Below are positions 45,042 through 51,923 of a stretch of DNA of 64,000 nucleotides, in pieces. Each line of letters starts with the position of its first letter. Positions within the stretch are counted from its first letter, which is position 1. Made by a program: the position numbers and the translations under genes. The stretch spans positions 7,210 through 71,209 of the forward strand of contig JACQVB010000115.1 in assembly GCA_016209985.1 (NCBI GenBank), written 5' to 3'. Under the pieces are notes generated by a model, which saw only the letters and a program-made list of their open reading frames with translations, made no database searches and was not told the DNA's origin. Origin of the DNA: Gemmatimonadota bacterium. GTDB lineage: Bacteria; Gemmatimonadota; Gemmatimonadetes; Gemmatimonadales; GWC2-71-9.

Positions 45042-48000
45042 ATGACGCGAAAAGCTGGTTTGTTAGGGGCTGCGTTGCTCCTTCTCACGGCGACCCAGGC
45101 TGCGGCTCAAACGCGTATCCTGACGGGGCGGGTGGTCGACTCTTTGTCGGGTGAGTTGGTAACGTCCGGGCAGGTGCTGATCCCGGGAACCACCATGAGC
45201 ACGACCATCAAGGATGACGGGACGTTCACGCTGGCGGCCCCGGCACGAGACGTCACGATCTCGATTCGAAGCATCGGCTACAAGCGCCGGGACGTCTCGG
45301 TACCGGCAGCGGCGAATACGGTGCAGGCGGCATTGGAACGGGACTACTTCCAGTTGGAAGCCATCGTGGTGACGGGGCAGGCCACCGGGGTCGAGCGCCG
45401 GAACCTGGCGAACGCCGTGTCCACGGTGACCGCCACAGACTTGAACAAAGCCCCCACCGGCAGCCTCGAGCAGTCGCTCCAGGGGAAGTTGACCGGCGCC
45501 CAGATCATGCAGACTTCGGGGGCCCCGGGTGGCGGGATGCGGGTGCGCTTGCGGGGGGTTACGTCGATCCTGGGCGAGGCACAGCCGCTTTACGTGGTGG
45601 ACGGCGTCATTATCAGCGACGTGGCGATTTCGCCCGGAACGAACATCGTGTCGCGCGCTTCCGGTGGAGCCGCGAACGCCGGGCGGGATGCCGGGCAGCA
45701 GGAGAGCCCGATCAACCGGGTTGCAGATCTCAATCCGAACGAGATCGAGAGCGTGGAGGTATTGAAGGGCGCCGCCGCGTCGGCGATCTATGGATCCAAG
45801 GCGTCGAATGGCGTCATCATCATTACCACCAAGCGGGGCCGGGTCGGCGCGCCGCAGTTCAGCATCACCCAACGGTTGGGGGTACCGGACCAGTCCTATC
45901 ACGGGGTCGGCTACCGCATGCTGCCGGACTCGGCCAGCGCTCGGAACGACTGGGGCGCTCTGGCCGATCAGTACTGGCGGCCCAACTACACCCCCTACAA
46001 CCACGAAGACTATATCTACAACAATCATCCGATTTCGTACGAGACCGCGCTCAGCGTCAACGGCGGCACCGAGACCACGCGCTATTTCGCCTCCGGGCTG
46101 GTGAAGCATGAGGGAGGCATCCTCACCAACACGTTTGCCGACAAGCAGTCGCTCCGGCTCAACCTCGACCAGACCGTCGGCTCCCGGCTCTCGTTCTCCG
46201 CGAACACCCAGGTGATTCGCAATGAGTCGGACCGCGGTCTCACCGGGAACGACAACGCGGGCACCAGCTACGGCATGACGGTCAACAAGACCCCGAACTT
46301 CATCGATCTCCGCCAGCGACCCGACGGGAGCTGGCCGGTAAATCCGTTTGCGTCGAGCAACTTCCTCCACACGGCCGCCCTCTTCAAGGCCAACGAGAGG
46401 GTGTGGCGGGTGCTGACCAGCGGGCGGATGCAGCTTGATGCGATCACTACCCCCCAGCATACCCTGCGGCTCCTGGCCAACGGCGGGGCGGACAACTTCA
46501 CCCAGAAGGACGTGGTGATCTCGCCCCCGGAGCTGCAGTACGAGGACGACGACGGGTTGCTGGGTACCTATTCCATCGCGTTCAGCCAGAACCTCAATCT
46601 CAACCTGAACGCCAACGCGGTGCACACCTTCAAACCGACGTCCGGCGCGTTCAGCGCGAGCACCTCCTTCGGCGTGCAGTACGAAACCCGTGATCTGAGC
46701 ACGTCCCGTAGTGTGGCGAGGAACCTCCTGGGTGGGGTGATGGCCGTGACCGCCGGAACTCAGGTCCTGGTCGCCGAGGACCACACCCGGGTGGAGGATT
46801 TCGGCATCTTCGCCCAGGAAGAATTCTTGACCTTGGGCGAGAAGCTGCTCCTCACGGTCGGTGGACGGGCGGACCAGAGCAGTAACAACGGTGACCCGAC
46901 CAAGCTTTTCTTCTATCCCAAGGCGTCGGCCTCCTACCGGTTCACCCGCATGCCGGGGCCGATTGACGAGTTGAAGTTGCGGGGTGCCTTCGGACAGTCC
47001 GGGAACCAGCCGCGATACGGACAGAAGTTCACCGAGCTTGCCTCCGGGTTGACTGGAGGCCTGGGCGGGTTCCAGGTGGGCACGACGGCGGGGGCGGCTG
47101 ACCTGCACCCGGAGCGACAACGTGAAATCGAGGGAGGATTCGACGCGACCCTCTTCGGCAGCCGGGCCAATCTTGAGGTCACCGCCTACGAGAAGAAAAT
47201 CACGGATCTCATCGCGACGAGATCTCTGGTCCCGACCACGGGGTTCACCTCCGAGACGTTCAACGGGGGCACGCTCCGTACGCGCGGCCTCGAGCTGTCG
47301 TTGAACCTGGTGCCGGTCCAGAAGACGACCAGCACCTGGAATACCCGGTTCAACTTCGCGATGACCCGAAGCAAGATCCTCGAGCTCGCGGTCCCGCCGT
47401 ACCAGCTCAGCTCGTTCCAGACCGGTGCATTCATTATCCAGACCGCCGATTGCGCGCTTCGCAAGCCTTGTACCGGGTCACCGACCCAGTTGTGGGGCAA
47501 CGACACGCTGCCCGGCGCGGCGCGAGGAACCATCGTGGTCCAACCGCGTCCCATCGGTGAGATGACACCGAAATTCACGCTGGGCATCGCGAACGACATT
47601 GGCTACAAGGCGACCAGGCTCTATGTGCTCTGGGACTGGCAGAATGGGGGCATGCTGGCGGCCGGCACCTGGCGCCACAACGACATCTCCCGCAACGCAC
47701 CGGACCATGACGTGATCAGCCCGATCAGCGGCAAGAAACTCGGGTTGGAGCGGATCGAGTGGTACCGCAACGTCACCACGGTGTACTTCCGACCAGCCTC
47801 GTTCCTGAAACTCCGGGAAGTTCAGCTCACCTACGACATTCCGATGTCGGTGGTGCGGAAGGTCTGGAACTCGGCCCGATACGTGCGGCTGGGCCTGTCC
47901 GGCCGGAACCTGCTCCAGTTCACTCCGTACCGGGGCGGCGATCCGGAAGCCGCGACCTTCCCGTTCAACTCGACGCTGCCCGGAGCCCGCGAGCTCGGAG

Positions 48001-48050
48001 CCTACCCGCCGAGCCGCAGCTTCTGGGTCAACATCGACCTGGGGTTCTGA
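45042..48050 (+). CDS. SusC/RagA-type TonB-dependent transporter, copy 5
   Basis: 1002-aa ORF with GGAGGA upstream. The signal is MTRKAGLLGAALLLLTATQAAA/QTRILTGRVVDSLSGE. It has plug and barrel and ends FWVNIDLGF. Confidence 0.9.
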   Translation: MTRKAGLLGAALLLLTATQAAAQTRILTGRVVDSLSGELVTSGQVLIPGTTMSTTIKDDGTFTLAAPARDVTISIRSIGYKRRDVSVPAAANTVQAALERDYFQLEAIVVTGQATGVERRNLANAVSTVTATDLNKAPTGSLEQSLQGKLTGAQIMQTSGAPGGGMRVRLRGVTSILGEAQPLYVVDGVIISDVAISPGTNIVSRASGGAANAGRDAGQQESPINRVADLNPNEIESVEVLKGAAASAIYGSKASNGVIIITTKRGRVGAPQFSITQRLGVPDQSYHGVGYRMLPDSASARNDWGALADQYWRPNYTPYNHEDYIYNNHPISYETALSVNGGTETTRYFASGLVKHEGGILTNTFADKQSLRLNLDQTVGSRLSFSANTQVIRNESDRGLTGNDNAGTSYGMTVNKTPNFIDLRQRPDGSWPVNPFASSNFLHTAALFKANERVWRVLTSGRMQLDAITTPQHTLRLLANGGADNFTQKDVVISPPELQYEDDDGLLGTYSIAFSQNLNLNLNANAVHTFKPTSGAFSASTSFGVQYETRDLSTSRSVARNLLGGVMAVTAGTQVLVAEDHTRVEDFGIFAQEEFLTLGEKLLLTVGGRADQSSNNGDPTKLFFYPKASASYRFTRMPGPIDELKLRGAFGQSGNQPRYGQKFTELASGLTGGLGGFQVGTTAGAADLHPERQREIEGGFDATLFGSRANLEVTAYEKKITDLIATRSLVPTTGFTSETFNGGTLRTRGLELSLNLVPVQKTTSTWNTRFNFAMTRSKILELAVPPYQLSSFQTGAFIIQTADCALRKPCTGSPTQLWGNDTLPGAARGTIVVQPRPIGEMTPKFTLGIANDIGYKATRLYVLWDWQNGGMLAAGTWRHNDISRNAPDHDVISPISGKKLGLERIEWYRNVTTVYFRPASFLKLREVQLTYDIPMSVVRKVWNSARYVRLGLSGRNLLQFTPYRGGDPEAATFPFNSTLPGARELGAYPPSRSFWVNIDLGF

Positions 48051-48052
48051 CC

Positions 48053-49498
48053 ATGCGGACCATACGACCAGCCCGCTGTGCGGGCATGACCCTGAGGCCA
48101 TTGGCGGTGGCGGTTGCGCTGGTACTGGGCTCGTGCAAGAGTCTCGACGTGCCCAACTACACGGGTGCGAGCATCGACCTGCTGGAGCAGAATCCTACGC
48201 CGAGCGTGATCAACTCCATGGCGATCGGAATGCTGATTGGGATCCGAGGCCTGGCCACCGGCCTGGAGACGCTCGACCTCTATGGACGTAACGCCTTCAA
48301 CCTGGACCCCACTGAGGTGCGGAGCATGACGACCCCGATGCTCGGGCCCCTGACGAGCGGGGGGTGGTGGGGCTATCGGAACATTCGGAACGGCAACTCT
48401 ATCCTGAAAGCGCTGGGCGTAGTTGGGGCCGCCATGACGGACCAGCAGAAAGAGGGGGTCCGCGGCTTCGTCAAGACCATCATGGCCTGGGAGTTCCACG
48501 CGCTGCTGCGCGTCCGGTTCCAGGACGGCGCGGCGATCGACGTAGATCGGCCGCGCTCGGAACTAGCCCCCATCGTGGGTGGGTCGCAGGTCTTGAGCCA
48601 TATCGTCAAGCTGCTGGATGAGGCTAAGACCCATCTCCAGGCGGCTGGGACCGCGTTCTCGTTCGCACCGCTGCCCTCCGGGTTCACCGGCTTCAACACG
48701 CCGGCCACGTTCCTGCGATTCAACCGGGCGCTGAAGGCCCGCGTGGAGGTATATGGTGCCACGTGGGAGACCGCCAACGCAGCCGCGCACTGGAACGCGG
48801 CGCTGCAGGCGATCACCGAGTCCTTCATAAGCACGTCGGGGTGCACGGGTAGCATTTCCGCCGCTTGCCTGACCACGCTCGGTGTCGGTCCCCAGCACAC
48901 GTACAGCACAGCCTCAGGAGACGCGCTGAACACCCTGTATGATCCCACCGGCCGGCAGCGGTTGGTTTCCCCCTCCTTCCTGGCGGATGCCGAGCGGCGG
49001 CCCAATGGCGCATATGATGACCGGCAGGTGCGCAAAGTAATTCAGTCGACCCCGCGGGCGCTGGTCGGGTATACGTCCGACTACCGGTGGGCCCTGGTAC
49101 CGACCAACACTACCGGCATCCCGATCATCCGGAATGAGGAGCTGATTCTGCTCCGGGCCGAGGCCAATCTCGGGCTGGGGAACACCTCGGCGGCAATACA
49201 GGACATCAACTTCATCCGGGCGAACTCGGGCGGGCTGGCGTCGATCTCGGATCCGTTCGTGCCGGCCGCTGGCCAGCAGCCGACGCTGCTCGACCAGTTG
49301 CTCTATGAGAAGCGGTATTCGCTGGTCTACGAGTTCGGCCACCGGTGGGTGGACGCCCTGCGATACAACAAGCTCGCCAGCCTGCCGAAGATCCAGCCAC
49401 TGGAACGGCTCTGGCTCCGGCTGCCGTTCCCCGAGGATGAGTGCGCACAGCGGACCGACCAGAACCTCTCTGGCTGCAAGCAGGAGGCAGGTATCTAG
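48053..49498 (+). CDS. SusD/RagB-family lipoprotein, copy 5
   Basis: ORF 47759..49498, with ATG 48053 (junction TGACCATG). The signal is ...AVALVLGSC. The C-terminus is LLYEKRYSLVYEFGHRWVDALRYNKL. Confidence 0.85.
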   Translation: MRTIRPARCAGMTLRPLAVAVALVLGSCKSLDVPNYTGASIDLLEQNPTPSVINSMAIGMLIGIRGLATGLETLDLYGRNAFNLDPTEVRSMTTPMLGPLTSGGWWGYRNIRNGNSILKALGVVGAAMTDQQKEGVRGFVKTIMAWEFHALLRVRFQDGAAIDVDRPRSELAPIVGGSQVLSHIVKLLDEAKTHLQAAGTAFSFAPLPSGFTGFNTPATFLRFNRALKARVEVYGATWETANAAAHWNAALQAITESFISTSGCTGSISAACLTTLGVGPQHTYSTASGDALNTLYDPTGRQRLVSPSFLADAERRPNGAYDDRQVRKVIQSTPRALVGYTSDYRWALVPTNTTGIPIIRNEELILLRAEANLGLGNTSAAIQDINFIRANSGGLASISDPFVPAAGQQPTLLDQLLYEKRYSLVYEFGHRWVDALRYNKLASLPKIQPLERLWLRLPFPEDECAQRTDQNLSGCKQEAGI

Positions 49499-49507
49499 GG
49501 CGTCTGC

Positions 49508-49582
49508 GGGGCAGAGGCAGGAGAGGCGGAGAGGCGAGCGGCAGTGTTACGGGATCTCTGCCGCTCTGCCTCTCTGCCTTTT
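49508..49582 (+). terminator. Long GC-rich hairpin built from GGCAGAG-type short repeats, followed by TTTT
   Basis: The left arm GGGGCAGAGGCAGGAGAGGCGGAGAGGCGAGCGGCAG pairs with the right arm CTCTGCCGCTCTGCCTCTCTGCC, including a 9-bp perfect core GAGCGGCAG/CTGCCGCTC. TTTT follows. It lies 10 nt after the SusD copy 5 stop. Confidence 0.55.
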
Positions 49583-49692
49583 GGCATCCAGCCTGTGTCA
49601 TTTTGCGACCGAACGCGTATTGACAGTGGGAAAAACGCCGCCTTATTGCCTTATTAGAGGATAGCAGAGAGACCCCGCAGGAGGAGTTGCAC

Positions 49693-49965
49693 ATGGGTCG
49701 CGCGTCGCTGGCATTGCTCGCGCTGTTACTCCCCGTTCGTGTCTCGGATGTGGCGACCCAAAGCCGCATGATCGTGGGGCGGGTCACTGACGAATTCGGC
49801 CAACGTTGGGTGGATCTCGCGCGGTACGGGAAGCTGCTCGAGCTTCCGCGAGACCAGCCCACGCACCGGATCTGGCCCGCGCTGCCGTTCGCTCAAACCG
49901 AGTGCAACTTCCGCCAGGCGGAGAATCTTACCGGTTGCCCTGCGGGAGGCGAATCCGGCATCTAG
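49693..49965 (+). pseudogene. In-frame SusC-N-terminus / SusD-C-terminus fusion remnant (90 aa)
   Basis: ORF 49687..49965, with ATG 49693 (GGAGGAG 6 nt upstream). MGRASLALLALLLPVRVSDVATQSRMIVGRVTD matches a SusC signal plus the first strand. EFGQRWVDLARYGKLLELPRDQPTHRIWPALPFAQTECNFRQAENLTGCPAGGESGI* is colinear with the last ~55 residues of SusD copy 5. Confidence 0.65.
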
Positions 49966-50030
49966 GGGAGGGTACGAGTCGGTAGGGACGGTAAGGGGCG
50001 GTAAGGGTGATTAATCCTTGCCGCCCTTCG
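49966..50030. repeat. CGGTAAGGG-type tandem repeats with inverted partner
   Basis: cggtaggga cggtaagggg cggtaagggtga, then ttaa, then TCCTTGCCGCCCTTC (complementary to AAGGGGCGGTAAGG with mismatches). Confidence 0.6.
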
Positions 50031-50115
50031 CTTGTCTGGTGGCCCGTGCGGTCGTGCTCTTCGGAGATGTCCTCCTTTCGTATTGACAGCCGGAAACGAG
50101 TCCGCATTCTCAGGT

Positions 50116-50901
50116 ATGCGGTTTTGGTATGTCGCGTATCTGTGTTTCGGCGCAACCACCTCCGTGGCCGCGCAGATCGCCGCTCCCACCGATCGAGTTG
50201 TCTCAGGGCGGGTTGTCGACTCGGTGTCCGGCCGTGCGCTCCCCCGCGCCGTTCTCTATTTCGAGCGTGTTAACCAGGAGTACCAATCCGGTCCCGATGG
50301 ACGGTTTCGGATCGAGGGCGTCCGGCCGCTCGATACGCTCTTGGTGGTCAGGCGAATCGGGTATGTGCCGGTCCGGGTGCCGGTTCCATTCTCGGTCTCG
50401 GCCGCTGAGATGGATGTGGGAACGGTCTGGTTGCGACCGGTCGCGACCAAGCTCGACGTCATCGCGGTGGAAGCGGAAGAGGTGCGACGGTATCCCCAGC
50501 TGGACGATTTCTATCGGCGCAAACACCTGGGCCGTGCCGGGTTTTTCCTGACTCCAGAGGAAATCGCCCGGGCGAACGCACGCAGAACCAGCAATCTGCT
50601 CGAGCGCAGCTCCAAGGTTAAAACCGAGTGCAACGATACCGGACGTTGGCAAAAAGGAGCGCCGTTCGATTGCACGGCGCAGAACAGCCGCCCACAGGGA
50701 GCGGGAGGCATGAGGGTCGAGCAATGCGCGCTCGAGGTCTGGGTCGATGGTGTCCGCACCGCCGTGAACGTGGACGACGTGCCGGTTCGGGAAATTCTGG
50801 CGATCGAGGTCTACAATGGGCCGGCGACCACGCCGACCGTGTTTGGCTCGGGGCATTGCGGCGTGGTTGCGATCTGGACCACGAGCGGGCGCGGCAGGTA
50901 G
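50116..50901 (+). CDS. Stand-alone CarboxypepD_reg-like + divergent plug-like domain protein
   Basis: ORF 50032..50901, with ATG 50116. The signal is MRFWYVAYLCFGATTSVAAQ. It has a CarboxypepD_reg-like segment (SGRVVDSVSGRALPRAVLYFERVNQEYQSGPDGRFRIEGV) and a plug-like end (VWVDGVR...VREILAIEVYNGPATTPTVFGSGHCGVVAIWTTSGRGR*). Confidence 0.65.
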   Translation: MRFWYVAYLCFGATTSVAAQIAAPTDRVVSGRVVDSVSGRALPRAVLYFERVNQEYQSGPDGRFRIEGVRPLDTLLVVRRIGYVPVRVPVPFSVSAAEMDVGTVWLRPVATKLDVIAVEAEEVRRYPQLDDFYRRKHLGRAGFFLTPEEIARANARRTSNLLERSSKVKTECNDTGRWQKGAPFDCTAQNSRPQGAGGMRVEQCALEVWVDGVRTAVNVDDVPVREILAIEVYNGPATTPTVFGSGHCGVVAIWTTSGRGR

Positions 50902-50986
50902 TCCTCTGCGGCAGGTAGTCCTCTGCGGCAGGTAGTCCTCTGAGGAAGGTTCCCCTCTCCCATCGGGGAGAGGGGACAGGGGAGAG
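50893..50986. repeat. 17-bp tandem repeat x3 overlapping the stop codon, followed by a 10-bp-stem hairpin and an extra half-copy
   Basis: GGCAGGTAGTCCTCTGC occurs at 50893-50909 and 50910-50926, with one mismatch at 50927-50943. The gene's TAG (50899-50901) lies in unit 1. Next comes CCCCTCTCCC atcg GGGAGAGGGG (50952-50975) and a repeat GGGGAGAGG (50978-50986). Confidence 0.85.
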
Positions 50987-50991
50987 GTGTA

Positions 50992-51020
50992 TTGACAGGG
51001 GAGCTTTATCTGCCTAATTC
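50992..51020 (+). promoter_or_regulatory. Candidate promoter for 51047 gene (TTGACA-N17-TAATTC)
   Basis: GTATTGACAG at 50990-50999, then after a 17-nt spacer TAATTC at 51015-51020. ATG 51047 is preceded by CCAGGAGG. Confidence 0.3.
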
Positions 51021-51046
51021 CCATTGGTAGGGAACCAGGAGGTCGT

Positions 51047-51850
51047 ATGATCCGCCGGTCGCTTTCCGCCATCGCCTTGCTACTCGCCGCTTGGTCCGCG
51101 AGCGCCTACGCGCAGAGCCGGGTGATCTTTGGCCGGGTGATCGATTCGACCACGACCGAGCCGCTGGATCATGGGCTCATCCGCGTCCTCGGCACTCCTA
51201 TTCAGGGCCAGGTACAGAAGGACGGCTCGTTCATCCTCTACGTGCCCATCCGCGAAGTGACGCTCAAGTTCGAAGGGTACAATTACCACAATAAGGAAGT
51301 AGTGGTGCCTTACCGGGAAGAGACCGTCATCCTGCCGGTGAGGCGGGACTACTTCCGGCTCTCCACCATGGTGGTGCTAGGCCAGTCTTCCGGTGTGGAG
51401 CGGCGGAACCTCCCGAACTCGATTGCCCAGGTGAGCAGTGAAGACCTCTCCCGCACGCCGTCTCCCTCGGTGGACGATGCGCTGCGGGGGAAGGTCAACG
51501 GCGCCATCATCAATCGCCGGTCAGGCGCGCCGGGGGGCGGGATCACCATGCGGCTGCGGGGGGTGAGCACGATTCTGGGAAATGCCGACCCGCTCTACAT
51601 CGTGGACGGCGTGATCGTGAGCAACGTGACAATTCCGGGTGGCGTGAACGCGGTGACCCAGGCGCAACGCGGGGCGATCGCCTCCGATCAGGAAGACTCG
51701 ATGAACCGCATCGCCGACCTCAATCCCAACGACATCGAGAGCGTGGAGATCCTGAAGGGTGCTTCGGCCGCCGCGATGTACGGATCGAAGGCGTCCAACG
51801 GGGTGGTGATCATCAAGACGAAGCACGGGCGGTTCATCGGGGAGAACTAG
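51047..51850 (+). CDS. SusC N-terminal half only: CarboxypepD_reg + plug domains, no barrel
   Basis: It is colinear with residues 1-~265 of SusC copies 1/3/4/5 (AQSRVIFGRVIDSTT..., RRDYFRLSTMVVLGQSSGVERRNL, GGGITMRLRGVSTILGNADPLYIVDGVIVS, NRIADLNPNDIESVEILKGASAAAMYGSKASNGVVIIKTKHGR). After that it reads FIGEN* and is followed by a strong terminator. Confidence 0.75.
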   Translation: MIRRSLSAIALLLAAWSASAYAQSRVIFGRVIDSTTTEPLDHGLIRVLGTPIQGQVQKDGSFILYVPIREVTLKFEGYNYHNKEVVVPYREETVILPVRRDYFRLSTMVVLGQSSGVERRNLPNSIAQVSSEDLSRTPSPSVDDALRGKVNGAIINRRSGAPGGGITMRLRGVSTILGNADPLYIVDGVIVSNVTIPGGVNAVTQAQRGAIASDQEDSMNRIADLNPNDIESVEILKGASAAAMYGSKASNGVVIIKTKHGRFIGEN

Positions 51851-51852
51851 CA

Positions 51853-51922
51853 GGGGCCAGGTGCCAGGTTTCAGGTGTCAGGGCTTAAATCTGATACGCC
51901 TGGACACCTGGCCCCTTTTTTT
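51853..51922 (+). terminator. Rho-independent-type terminator containing four CCAGGTG-like 7-mers
   Basis: The outer stem is GGGGCCAGGTG (51853-51863) / CACCTGGCCCC (51905-51915), followed by T7. The 5' arm continues as ccaggtg ccaggtt tcaggtg tcagggc (51857-51884). It sits between convergent genes. Confidence 0.7.
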
Positions 51923-51923
51923 G

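Noticed and set aside
31456-47120. Long ORFs antisense to SusC/SusD genes (31456-32445c, 32778-34475c, 37088-38872, 39175-40932, 45063-47120c).
   Set aside because: This is the same antisense artefact. The sense frames have plug, barrel and SusD signatures and conserved paralogs.
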